64,000 nucleotides of DNA, taken from Octopus sinensis (lineage: Eukaryota). The position numbers were made by a program, and so were the translations under genes. Under the pieces are notes generated by a model. The model saw only the letters and a program-made list of their open reading frames with translations. It was not told the origin of the DNA and made no database searches. Shown here one piece after another: positions 1 to 13,000 of the stretch (its first letter is position 1; the number at the start of each line of letters is the position of its first letter). Location: positions 132,680,001 through 132,744,000 of the forward strand of contig NC_043000.1 of NCBI RefSeq assembly GCF_006345805.1, written 5' to 3'.

Positions 1-440
1 TATTTTTTATGTTTTGTTTTCGTTTTTTTCATTTTCACAATTTCTGTTGATTTTTCTTCTCCTCCACCCCCACCCACCTAAAAAAAAAAGCATTAATTAC
101 GTTTGCTGCTATTTCGTTTTTGCTGGCTTCCTTAAAGACAGAAAATGGTTTGGTTTTGTTTGTATTTCCAGCAATTTGTATTCGTTTTCCATTACTTTTT
201 ACGAGACGTCATTTGATGGTAGAGCACAGGTTAGCTGCATCATTACATTACTCGGTGTTTTCATACATTGCCTATAAGAAAAATTTCTTTTCTAAAAGAA
301 TTATCGCAACGAAGGCTTTTCCACGTGTTAAATTTAATTTGACACAGCTTTATTCCAATTATCGCTGCTTGGTGTATCTTTAATTTAGTCCAGTTTCACG
401 AAGCTTCGACACGCCAGTAAATTTATTATTTGTTGTTTAC

Positions 441-836
441 AGGCGCAGGAGTGGCTGTGTGGTAAGTAGCTTGCTAACCAACCACATGGTTCCGGGTTCA
501 GTCCCACTGCGTGGCATCTTGGGCAAGTGTCTTCTGCTATAGCCCCGGGCCGACCAATGCCTTGTGAGTGGATTTGGTAGACGAAAACTTAAAGAAGCCT
601 GTCGTATATATGTATATATATATATACGTGTGTGTGTGTGTTTGTGTGTCTGTGTTTGTCCCCCTAGCATTGCTTGACAACCGATGCTGGTGTGTTTACG
701 TCCCCGTAACTTAGCGGTTCGGCAAAAGAGACCGATAGAATAAGTTCCGGGGTCGATTTGATCGACTAAAGACGGTGCTCCAGCATGGCCGCAGTCAAAT
801 GACTGAAACAAGTAAAAGAGTAAAAGAGAGAGAGTA
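441..836 (+). mobile_element. SINE family A (tRNA-derived, CORE-like), full length
   Basis: A box TGGCTGTGTGG, B box GGTTCAGTCCC, CORE-like CTTGGGCAAGT, internal (TA)/(TG)n and an (AAAGAGT)n tail. Confidence 0.9.
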
Positions 837-1093
837 TTTAAGAACAACGGATGTTTGTGGGTTAAGAACGGCGAATTCCCTGTCTGTAGCTGATTGAGTG
901 CAACGATACAGAAACTCATATTCTACGCTATGATGACGGCATTCGTTGCCCAGCTCGGTGTGTTTACGCATACATTACCAATCAAGAGAATTTCTCTTCG
1001 GAGACAGTTGTCACAGCGAATTTCTTCCCACGTTTTAGTGTAGACGAATGTGTTAAATGTAACTGTATATGGTTTTCCATATGATTGTATTAC

Positions 1094-1158
1094 GTATGTG
1101 TGTATGTATGTATGTATGTATGTATGTATGTATGTATGTATGTATGTATGTATGTATG
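1094..1158. repeat. (TATG)n microsatellite
   Basis: Direct reading. Confidence 0.95.
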
Positions 1159-1539
1159 ACATTATTCAGTTTATTTCAAGATTTCTTGCCAATAGAGAAA
1201 GAACCAGTTTCTAACCTAGATCCAGGGCTCCTGTATGTATATATATATGTGTAGTAGCTTCATGTAGGCATAGCATGGATTCGATCCTCAATCGCCAAAT
1301 TTCACTTAACAGTACAACGGACTTTTCCTTTAGAGAAACATTAAGTTGACAGCAGTTGCTTTTTGTCAGATGCCTTCGTTAAGCAGAATAATGTCTGCCA
1401 CTTGACCCTGCTAACCTTTTGTATGTGGTGAAGAGTTAAATTGACAGAACAATAGACCTCCCCAAATACCCATTGTTTGGACAACGGAATATCTCTCTCT
1501 TTCTCTTGATCATGCCATAATTATATATACAGAAAATAA

Positions 1540-1770
1540 GGCGGCGAGCTGGCAGAAACGTTAGCACGCCGGACGAAATGCTTAGCGGTATTTCGTCTAC
1601 CGTTACGTTCTGAGTTCAAATTCCGCCGAGGTCGACTTTGCCTTTCATCCTTTCGGGGTCGATAAATTAAGTACCAGTTACGCACTGGGGTCGATATAAT
1701 CGACTTAATCAGTTTGTCTGCCCATATTTGTCCTCTCTGTGTTTAGCCCCTTGTGGGTAGTAAAGAAATA
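1540..1770 (+). mobile_element. SINE family B (tRNA head, Nin/Deu-like domain GCCTTTCATCCTTTCGGGGTCGATAAA), monomer
   Basis: Full length, with TSD TATATACAGAAAAT. The domain name is from recall and was not searched. Confidence 0.88.
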
Positions 1771-1984
1771 TATATACAGAAAATTCCCAAGCATAAGTTA
1801 GTTGGTGAGAACCGAGTCTAGCTGACCGGCTGAACAAAACGCCGTCTCTAAAGGAAAAGGCACAAAGGGACAACTATGGTAACTCACCAACGAAGCAGTT
1901 GTTTCATCCCACGACTTTCACTTTCACTAACTCACTTCCTTTTCTCTGTAACGTTACCATATCTCTCGATATATACTACTATGA

Positions 1985-2382
1985 CTCTTTTACTCTTTTA
2001 CTTGTTTCAGTCATTTGACTGCGGCCATGCTGGAGCACCGCCTTTAGTCGAGCAAATCGACCCCGGGACTTATTCTTTGTAAGCCCAGTACTTATTCTAT
2101 CGGTCACTTTTTTGCCGAACCGCTAAGTAACGGGGACGTAAACACACCAGCATCGGTTGTCAAGCAATGCTAGGGGGACAAACACAGACACACAAACACA
2201 CACATACATATACATATATACGACGGGCTTCTTTCAGTTTCCGTCTACCAAATCCACTCACAAGGCTTTGGTCGGCCTGAGGCTATAGTAGAAGACACTT
2301 GCCCAAGGTGCCACGCAGTGGGACTGAACCCAGAACCATGCGGTTGATAAACAAGCTACTTACCACACAGCCACTCCTGCGC
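1985..2382 (-). mobile_element. SINE family A
   Basis: Full-length copy with TSD CTATGA (1979-1984, 2382-2387). Confidence 0.9.
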
Positions 2383-3258
2383 TATGAGATCGTGTACACA
2401 CATACTTATGGCCAAATATCTCGCTCTTTGGAATTGGATTTGCGTAGAAATTTTACCTGGATTTTCATCGTTACGGATCTGCCGTATCCTATCCTGGGCG
2501 CCGATTTCTTACACTACTATAATCTTCTTGTGGATATGCGTGCACGTCGTTTACTGGACGCGAACACGGATCTTTCCGTTCCTGGTCGTAGAGCGTCGAA
2601 TCCGGCAATCAGTCCAGTTTTCTTTATCGCTGCTTCTGATGACCCATACCAATCGCTTTTACATTCCTTTCCGGAATTAACCAATTTGAACTTTGTAGCC
2701 AGTGCTCCTACTCACTCTATTAATCATTTTTTGAAACTGAGAGTGCTCCTACCTTTCCTGGCCCTCGTCATCTTCCTCAGGAAAAATTGAAAGCGGTCAA
2801 GGCAGAGTTCGATCATATGTTGAAACTGGGGATTATCCGCCCTTCTTCCAGTCCATGGGCCTCTCCGTTAGATATGGTTCCGAAACGCTCCGGAGACTTG
2901 CATTCTACCGGGGACTTTAGACGTTTGAATTCTATCACTGTGCCGGATCGATATCCATTCTATCACATTCAAGATTTCGCTTCTTCTTTCCACGGATGTA
3001 CCATCTTTTCGAAATTGGATTTGGTCAATGCTTACCATCAAATATCGGTGATTCCTGCTGATATACCAAAGACTGCCGCAACTACCCTTTTAATCATGCC
3101 TTTCGGATTACTAAATGCTGCCAGCACCTTCCAGCGTTTCATAGATGAGGTTGTTAGCGATTTTGACCTTGTATACTCGTATATCGACAACATTCTGGTT
3201 GCGAGTGCTTCGCCTGAAGTACATGTCACTCACCTCCGCCTACATTTTGAGCGATTTA
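2383..3258 (+). mobile_element. Ty3/Gypsy pol fragment (protease C-terminus + reverse transcriptase), degenerate
   Basis: ILGADFL protease motif, then [37 protein letters not shown] and YIDNILV (decayed YxDD). Confidence 0.92.
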
Positions 3259-3261
3259 AGT

Positions 3262-3600
3262 AGTTTCGAGGCAGTAAGACATATTACTACTATGTCCCTG
3301 ACTGAACTCACAACCCCGTGTAATTTTGTAAGGGTTGTACATTCTAAAACCTCTTGGATTATGTAATTGCTCAGGCATTTACCATGCTTCTGATTCTTAT
3401 TCTTGTGAAATACTGTAAGTGTATATTTTGTAATATGCTGCGTACACACCATTTGAAATTGCCATCTTTTGAAAAGAACTCTGGACATTTCTTCTGTTAA
3501 CCTCGAACACCATTAAACCATATTTCGCAATGTTATATTCAGCATGCTGACAACAAGTTTCAATTTACTTCCTTCGCAGATTCACTCTATAATAAATTAT
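3262..3600 (-). mobile_element. Decayed Penelope-like GIY-YIG endonuclease C-terminus plus terminal hairpin
   Basis: Peptide FKRW...FHKNKNQKHGKCLSNYI, followed by a hairpin ending GAAAC that is truncated at the Gypsy junction. Confidence 0.4.
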
Positions 3601-3980
3601 TACTATTGTATTCAACTTTCTGGCCTTCTGACTTTCTTAGAGCTATTCGTCTTAACTTATTGAAAAACCTTAGATGATAATTTAGTGCCTCTCCGCTAAA
3701 AAGTTATTACTAGCGGAATTTGAACTCAGAATCATGAAAGTAGAAGAAAATATAGTAGATTATTTGGTGTCACCCATCTCTGCCATGTGTGCCTATATAA
3801 AAAGCTACGCAACAGTGTGCAAAATTCAATTGCATAAATTTAGAGAAGCTCAAACTGTGCCGTAAATATAAGTTTAGTCATCATTTTCTCGTACAAAATC
3901 ATAATTTCTTCTACAGTTTTAGGAATGTTATGTAAATAGACTTGTTTTTACAAAGCGAAAGCTCGGTGTACACAAGGAAG

Positions 3981-3982
<2 letters not shown>

Positions 3983-4044
<62 letters not shown>
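3983..4044. repeat. (TA)n microsatellite
   Basis: Pure (TA) run of about 60 bp. Confidence 0.95.
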
Positions 4045-4051
<7 letters not shown>

Positions 4052-4779
4052 CATGGAAGATACAAAAACATACATGCGCTCACAAGCAAGACACATACAC
4101 ACGATATTTTGTTTTCTATCAAAATAACGCATTTATACTCTTTCTCTATTTTTCTTTCTCTCTTCTTGTCTCTCCTTTCTTCATCTCTTCTCACCATAAT
4201 AACTTCTCACCATAATAACTCTGACTCAGATTAAGTATAATTCATTTAATTATTATTTAATCATTTCAAATTATGACTGATATTGATCAGGTTTACTTTA
4301 AAACGAATAAATTTCTTTAAAACAAATGTGGTTATCTCCATATTTGCTTATGCATAATTATTACGTTATAGTCACATTGTTAACAATGTTTCAATACATT
4401 TATAACTGATGTGTGTTAACATTAGCACATTTACTACTAACAGTTTCACCTTTAATACTTTTGCGGTCGATGGGTTATAATTATAAGAAGTCTGCCCAAT
4501 CAGTGAGACTCAAGTAACAGACTAGCGTATCACAACCTATATAAATGTATGCTGACAAATAAGGCACGAAAAGTTTTTGAAAGCCTTTCTGTGTTATTTT
4601 TAAAGCCCAGTTCATGTTTCAGCCCTTCTTGCAGATGGAAATGAACATGTCAAAATATATGAAATGTTCTGAACAGATTATCCAACACATCTATTGTAAA
4701 TCTATTGAAAATCTGGCACTGATTCCCGTTAACACAGCTCTTATTCCCACTTTTCTCGAAACCAGAAAAGCTACAAGAT

Positions 4780-5085
4780 AAATGTAAGCAACAGGTGCAG
4801 GTTCAATTCCTGCTGAAATATACGCCGACGGTGGTGAAACACTCATTGAAAACTAAGATATTTTCTTTAATTTGCATTGCAAGTGCCATTCCCCAAGAAT
4901 TCAAGGAAGTTACAATCATTCATCAGTACAAAAACGAAGATGACAGATGGTCGTGTAATAATCAAAGAGGTATTTTATTTTTGTCAAATGCCACCATATT
5001 CCTGAATCACCTCATTCACCGGCTTACCAGTAACACACTTCTTCCCCAAAATCACACTATTGCTTCTATCATGAAAGAAGCATAA
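4780..5085 (+). mobile_element. RTE-clade LINE RT fragment
   Basis: GSIPAEIY..GGETL and IPQEFKEVTIIHQYKNEDDRWSCNNQRGILFL. Confidence 0.8.
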
Positions 5086-5489
5086 CTGATACTGATTCTA
5101 GTTATGATATACAGATCATATATAGTAGAAAATTACGATAAACAGAAGTATGAATACTTAGTTTCTACGTATGTTTCCCCTTTGGAACTCAGCATTGAAT
5201 CTAATGACATTAGGTCTCAGCAAAAGAATGCAATAAAAGTTTGCCCAGACGATCCATTACAGTTAGGCAACTAAATGCACTTGGAACATCCAATGATGAA
5301 TTTAAAATATATTAAATAGTGAAACGTACGTAGGAACTAAATATTTATACCGATGTTTTTCTTAAGTTACGATTATACACATGTATAACTACGAAGATTT
5401 ACTCGTAGAAACACACAAGGGGAAAACATGGAACTCTGATCCAGCCACAAGAATAAGTAAATAGGCCCTTCTCACTTTCCTCTGGTTTA

Positions 5490-5930
5490 GCCAACATGGC
5501 CATTCTTAGAATCGACAATGTGAATGGCCGTAACCTGTTCTACGACCTCAGTTCAATAGATACAGATATGGTAGTCATCAGTGGAACCAGAAATTCTGAG
5601 GTCCGAGCTTTTCCGTCCACCATTGGCGGCTACGAGGTGCAGACATATTGGTTCGGCAGGCGAGGTCCCTATGTTGTTTCCGAAAACAAACTATTTTCTT
5701 GGTTCCAGAAGGTAAGCTGCTAGTACTGGACGTGGCCAGGAGTGAATGCCATATCTTCAGACCAGTGACAGTTAACACTAAAAATAGCGGGTTTTACAAA
5801 TTTTTTCATGTGTCTGAAAGTAAAAAAACTTGCAAACCTGCTCAGATGTTTCCAAACCACTCGATTTCTCGAATGTGTCAGCGTGGACTTGTCTACATTG
5901 ACCACCAGTTTGTAATCTGTAGGGGCTAGA
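5490..5930 (+). mobile_element. Degenerate L1/Tx1-like APE endonuclease fragment
   Basis: LRIDNVNG..LFYDLSSIDTDMVVISGTR, EGKLLVLDV..FRPV and YIDHQFV across frames. Confidence 0.55.
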
Positions 5931-6107
5931 ACAATACTACTAAATACAAATGATCATCTGCATTGCCCACCCCGATTAGAACAGCCGGTTTATTAACGAA
6001 TATTCATTCAACAACACTCTACAAATTTTGGCCCACAATAATGATGTCTGTTCTATCATAATCCGTACAACAACGGACCCTTCTTCTCTAATATTAATCA
6101 CGACTCT

Positions 6108-6328
6108 AGGGTAGCGAGCAGGTAGAATCGTTAGCAAGCCGGCCAAAATGCTTAGCAGTATTTCGCCCGTCTTCACGTTCTGAGTTCAAATTCCGCTGAG
6201 GTCGACTTTGTCTTTCATTCTTTCGGGGTCGATGAAATAAGTACCAGTTGAGCAATGGAGTCGATGTAATCGACTTATCCTCTTCACCTGAACTTTCTGT
6301 CCTTGTGCTAAAATTTGAAACCATTATT
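6108..6328 (+). mobile_element. SINE family B
   Basis: Head and central domain match the 1540-1770 copy, with an alternative tail. Confidence 0.85.
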
Positions 6329-7672
6329 AATTCTATTCCGGTTCCGACTCTGAATGCATGTCAACGATTTATATTTTACAGAATATTTTTAATTTAAAAA
6401 GTAATAATCAACTTTAATAAAAATTGAGCTGGGGCATGCATAATGTAGAGGTTACTTCCCCTCGACTACTTATTTTTATATTAATTGTTATTTATTTTTA
6501 TATGTTTTTAAAAAATATTCAATGCGGATCAGTTTTCAGCATTCAATATTGCAATGGGCAAAATGTTTGACACATTTAGTCTAAAAAATGTTCTTTGACC
6601 AGGTACTTTGACCAGGCAGCTGTCTTTAAAAGAACAATAGAAACTGAATTCCCTCCCACCACCCACAATCAATATTGGCTTTGACTATTTCCTTAAAGCT
6701 TACGTTGTATACATGCTGACGATCTTAACGTTAGAAAAACAAATAATAGTTTAATAGTTTAATAAATTTCGTTTGTTACAGCAGGATATAATATTGTGAA
6801 AGGTAGACAATATCCAAACACTTATATAGACGATACTTGTAGGTGTAATAATTTGTAACTTCATATAATCAACTGAAAACAGTTCTCAATTTCAATGATG
6901 TCCGTGGGATAAATTTCTTCTTGGTTATATGTCTATATCTACTTATAATGAACCACCAAAAATAGAAATTACGAATGTACTTATATTCTTTTAGAGAATT
7001 TTAGAAGAAAAAATGACCGATGGCTATCTTCAATTTCCTCTATTGGTCTGTGTCTATACTCATTTGAACTAAGAATGTAAACTGTAATGTGATTAAATAT
7101 TGTAACTGTCTTCCGACGTTCAACCATTCCTATCATCCGACACCATTGTTGCTGTAAAAATATTTACAAATATGAATAACGCGATCTCAGCTCTAATATC
7201 GCATACATCTTTCATTGATTCTTATACTTCTCAGATTACTTAAAAATTCATAATCCGACTGGATATATAAACAATAGACATCCACTTCATGCAATAGATT
7301 TAAATTACAGCAAAAGCATATTTTCTAGGTTTTATTTCTATTATAAAATTTCCATTGATTTCATAAATAACAATATTACTTACATAAGCATACTAGAGTT
7401 TCATTAAAAAAACAAACAAAGGAAGACAAACTTAGTTTTGGACTTTCTCATTTCGAAAAATCAGCATACAGTTGAGACGATCTAAATCCTCCATGTTTCA
7501 CCACATGTCTTCGAAAATTACAGACTACTACATGTCAGCAAGCATTGATTGTATACATCACGATTCTTGAAATTCGTTTTCTGAAAGGCATATATGCAGT
7601 TCGTGACACATGTATTGCGATTACTGCAACAAAAAAAATATACCATACAATAATATTGTATCACATTACATG

Positions 7673-7724
7673 ATATATATATATATATATATATATATGT
7701 CTATATATACTATATATATATATG

Positions 7725-7777
<53 letters not shown>
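7673..7777. repeat. Interrupted (TA)n microsatellite
   Basis: Direct reading. Confidence 0.9.
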
Positions 7778-7778
<1 letters not shown>

Positions 7779-8419
7779 GGTAGGTTCTTTGATTAATATT
7801 ATAATGGCATTGGATATATTACGTAGAAAAGATATATATTTATACTATATAGAATTAATCTATACTTTATAACTTAGCGTACATGTGATTATAGCAAATT
7901 ACGGTGAAATCAGTAAACGTTATGTTATATAATACTATGACTACAGAAAAAACGGTGTCATATGCTGTGTGTAACCTACGAAGAATTACATTCTATGTCT
8001 TGATATATAAATATATGTATCTTTATAACAAATATTTTATGGAAATATGTGAGTGGATCTTCTTAGTTAATTTAGTGGCATTGTTGTCGTTTTAGAGAGG
8101 CTGGATGGCTGTATAGCTACGATTATACCTCTTTTATTATTTATTTATTTATGTGTTTGACGGTGTTTGTGGATATGTATGTGTATGAGTGTATGTATGT
8201 GTGTATACATATAATTATGTATGTATGTGCGATTGATCTGTGGATGTGCGTGTGCGTATGTGCGTTTCTTGACTAACTAACCGTAAAATTTATTTTGTGA
8301 TTCAAATTAAACTATAAGCCAATCGAATAATCTAGAATAATCAATATCAAGCGGACAGAATAATCAGACTCATAGATATGTAGATGTCCGATGATGTACT
8401 TGGTACAGACATAATTGTA

Positions 8420-8420
8420 A

Positions 8421-8467
<47 letters not shown>

Positions 8468-8480
8468 TATTATTATTAAT
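8420..8480. repeat. (ATT)n microsatellite
   Basis: Direct reading. Confidence 0.9.
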
Positions 8481-9106
8481 ATTAATAGAATTTTATTGAC
8501 TTTTATAGGTTTATAATTTTATGAACTGAACTGTGTGTTTTTTTACTATTTTTTATGTATAGGTCTGATTTAAATTTAAATGTGAGTGTGCATATATTTT
8601 CCTGTAGGTTAGTTTTTGGAACTAGTAGCCCAATATGTAGAATAACTGTGTTTGTTAATATATATTGATATATTTTGTTTTGTTTATTTTGTATTATTGT
8701 ATTAATAAGTATATAAATGTGTAGTATTATGAGTGTCTATGCACACGTTTTTATATTTTATATTTTTATATTTATATGTATAAAAAAAATTTTTTCACAC
8801 TTATAATAAATTAAATTCTCTGAAGAGGCCGTGGGGCATCCTTGCTAATGTCTCATTTATACCTGCCTTATATGGCTTATAGGTTAAATGAGGCATGCTT
8901 GCCCTTACGGCCGAAACAGCTGTCAGATATGATATAATTATATATTATATTTTTATATTTCTATTTCCTTGTATAATTATATTTACAATATATTTTGTAT
9001 AATGCCTTTACTGTTATGTAATGGTGTAATAAAGTATTGATTGGGTATCATCTGATAGTTGATGTTTGATTGATTTAAGTATGTTTCTCCATTTTCTAAT
9101 TTTGTA

Positions 9107-9107
<1 letters not shown>
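8480..9107 (+). mobile_element. Non-autonomous Penelope-like element end carrying the hammerhead
   Basis: AT-rich body around the ribozyme, bounded by (ATT)n on the left and a long (TA)n on the right. There is no ORF and the boundaries are approximate. Confidence 0.45.
8817..8927 (+). ncRNA. Type I hammerhead ribozyme (Penelope/retrozyme-type)
   Basis: Core CUGAAGA (8820-8826), long stem II closed by GGCCGU/ACGGCC, then GAAAC, palindromic loop AGCU and GUC cleavage triplet (8922-8924). Stem I is UCU/AGA. Confidence 0.85.
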
Positions 9108-9175
<68 letters not shown>

Positions 9176-9176
9176 C

Positions 9177-9224
<48 letters not shown>

Positions 9225-9541
9225 GTAATATATATATTATATGTATATATATATATGTATATATATATATACATATATATATATATACATATATATATGT
9301 ATATATATGTGTATATATAGGTGTATATATATATGTAATATAATATTATATATATATAGTATACATACACACACATATATATATATACATACATACACAT
9401 ATATATATATATACAACATATATATATATATAATATATATATATATACACACATATATAATATATATATATAATATAATATACACATTATATTATATATA
9501 CATACATATATATATATATATATAATAATATATATATACAC

Positions 9542-9579
<38 letters not shown>

Positions 9580-9667
9580 TATATATACATACCATATATA
9601 TATATACATACATATATATATATACATACATATAATATAAAATATATAATTATATACATATATATAG

Positions 9668-9700
<33 letters not shown>

Positions 9701-9780
9701 CATAGATATATATACATATTATTATATATAATACATAATATATATATATAATATTATATATATATACATATATATAATTA

Positions 9781-9819
<39 letters not shown>

Positions 9820-10040
9820 TATATATATGATGTATATTATATATGTATAATGTATATATATATATATTATATTATATAAATATGTGTATGTTATGTATAT
9901 ATATATGGTGTTATGTACATTTTTGTTATATTATGTTATATCTATATAATATATTATATATATATATACATATATATATACAATATTATACACATATTAT
10001 ATACATATATATACATATATATATACATATATATTTGTAT
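9108..10040. repeat. About 930-bp compound (TA)n/(TACA)/(TATG) tract
   Basis: Direct reading. It is the source of the YIYI ORFs. Confidence 0.95.
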
Positions 10041-13000
10041 AGGATTAACTGTTGAAGTGGACGGACGTCTATTTGTTTCTCTCCCAAGTCAGTAGCAAGC
10101 TACACAGCTTCAAAACTAACTGACCTTAAATATATATATATATTGTAACCACGTGTTTGCCTAAAACCCGTAAGTACGTTTTCATTTAACTACAAATTGT
10201 TATATACACCTGGTTTTCTTTTAATATCCTCAAACAACCAAATAATCAAAAACTCACACCCTTAAGAGAGAACATTTATATATATATACACTTCTTTAAC
10301 TCCCAAGAAAGAATATATATTTTCAAAAATCAAAAGGAAAACAAACAAAAGAAAAACAAACATGACTAACTTGCAGGCCTGCAACAGACGAAATTGGTCT
10401 GATAACGAAATGATGTTTTATAAACACAGGTTCTCTCTTTCCCAAACAGAAAATCTAAATGTCTTGTGTTTGAATGAGATTGCCGAAAAACATCACAAGT
10501 GGTCAACACACGATCCGTCAAACAGATTCGTAGCAAGCTGAAACATATCGAAGTATCTTTCAAACTGATAAAAGGCCATTATGAAAAGCTTCTTCATATT
10601 TTCACAGTTCAAGAACAACAACAGCTAGAAAATCAGCAGCCACAACAACAACAACAACAGAATGAGCCACTCCTGGTTCCCAGCACAATGGCTGACCCTA
10701 ACATCGGTCAAAAGAAAACAACAACAACAACAGCACGCAACAAGAACAACAACAGCCACTCCTCAACTCTAGCTTACTAGATGATTCACTAAATGCCAGT
10801 ATCTTTTCACCGCTCTCACAGCAATTATCATCATCATCATCACCACCGCTGCAACCATCGTCTTCTATCACCAAAAATACCAACAGAAAACCAAATAAGA
10901 AACCACTGCCCTCTTCCCCCACATCACCACCTCAATACTACTGCAGTAACAAAAACTTAAAGAAACATAGGAAGCAGAATGCGCCCCCCACGGCACAAAC
11001 AAGAAATCCCCAAATATGCCGCTATTCACTGCGCCAGAGACTCTGCACAAATAGTGACTGCATCTTCACGCATCTACCCGGCACTAGACGCACTACCGGC
11101 CAAGGCCAAAGCACGCATCCCACAATAACATCAACACCACCAAATAGTAAATCGAAATTCAAAACACACACAACTCGGAGTCCCAAAATCTGCCGGTATT
11201 CCCAACGTGAGGAACATGTCTACTGAGTGACTGTCCCTTCACCCATCTTCCAGGGACCCGACGCACAAACAGAAACGGGGCTCAAGCCAACACACAAACC
11301 TGAATAACAATAAAAATAGAAACACACCATGCTGCAGTAATGCTGGTCCAGTCTTTTCAGGAAGACACAAAAACAAAACAACAACAAAAGTGGAAACTAC
11401 AACCCTATCCAACAGTGCAACCACACCCCGCCAAAAACTGCTCCCTAAGCAGGAAATTCTTTTTTAGCCATGTTGAACATGGCAAAAGAGATACACAAAA
11501 ACATTCTAGCCATCACTCAACACCATCCTATGCTATTACCCCAGTGCACCAATCCCCCACATTGCTGCCACTAACACACCAAAAAAATCCAAGTCCCTTG
11601 CAACAGTCAAAACCAGCCACTACGCTAACCTCCACATTCCTACTCAATGCACAAGGTGTCAGCCCTTCCATCAATGCACAAAAATGGAAGGTCCAATTCA
11701 TTGAAGACTGGGTTGGTAACCATTCACACCACATCCCTTTCTTCATTCTCAACTGAGACCCACCTTGACAACTCCCACTTGGAAGCCGAAGTGAGAGTGA
11801 AGAATTTCACAACCATCCGCGCGGATCGTATCGGCAGGAGGAAGGGTGGAACTGCCATTTTCCTGCATGATTCATTTACGGCAGATGGAAATAGTATATT
11901 CTCCAACGGCTACTGTGAATCAGTCACCGTGCACAACAAAGCCAATGACCTGACAGTAATTGGGCTCTATAGGCCGCCCAAAACACCCATACTGTGCTTT
12001 AAAGAATGCCTCAACAGCATTAAGTGCTTTATTCAACAGTGCCATTCTAGCAACATACTCATGATGGGAGACTTCAATCTACCCTGTGTTGACTGGACTA
12101 CAAACTGTTTGAAACCAAGCACTCCCGCCTCAACCGCTGACAAAGAAGCAGCAGAGTCACTTTTCGACTTTACGAATGAGTTTTTCTTGTCCCAACTTGT
12201 CCTTGCACCAACAAGACATCAGAACATTTTGGACCTAGTGTTTAGTAACCACACTAACACTATACATAACGTTACAGTGGAAAAAACCCTTCTTTCGGAC
12301 CATGACATGGTTCTCTCTAACATGAAATTCCACCAGCCGAAAGCTAATCCTAGTGACCTTCCTCCAGCCCACCCATTTGACAACATGGATCTCCATAAAG
12401 CACATGGGATGCAATCAGGAACGAGCTATCAAATGTTGACTGGTCCTTTACACATACACACATCTCCACCAACCATAAACACATCTTGGCAGATCTTTGT
12501 AGACACCGTCACAGACATATGTGCAAAACACTCCCCACCAAGACCTGTGAACAAAAAGTGCAGAATCCCCAAAACAGAAAAACCATTATCAGAAAAATAA
12601 AAAGAACAAACAAAAAAATTAACAAACTAAAGTACTGCCAACAAAGCAACACACACATTCGACGGCTATCGCACACTGCTTGAATCCAAAAAATATAACC
12701 TCCAACAATGCATGAAGACCCATCAATAACCAAAGATAGCTGAGGAGAAGTGGGCCATTGAAAAAATCAAACTCAACCCCAAAGTGTTCTTTTCATTTGC
12801 GAGGAAACGCAGGGTCACTGTCTCCACTGTAGGCCCTCTAATTGACGAAACTGGCACTCTCCAAGATATTGCCAAATCCATGGCCGAGATACTGCAGAAA
12901 CAATACTGCTCTGTTTTCAGCAATCCTGATATGGCCGATCTGGGCTGTGTATCGTGATGATGTCAACCCCCAACACACTATATCGGACATAACGTTTAGT

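Noticed and set aside
150-235. Plus-strand acceptor/donor pair (about 171-228) near the left edge
   Set aside because: No supporting ORF or partner exons, and such pairs arise by chance in AT-rich DNA.
437-919. Recurring ORFs such as LFQSFDCGHAGAP, RRHLPKVPRSGTEPGTMWLV and FLQLDALPNANHS across the window
   Set aside because: They are reading frames through SINE families A, B and D. The repetition reflects repeat copies, not a gene family.
8983-10095. Long [11 protein letters not shown] ORFs here and at 923-1254, 3911-4197, 14627-14852 and 16247-16748
   Set aside because: They are translations of (TA)n/(TATG)n microsatellites, which lack stops in some frames.
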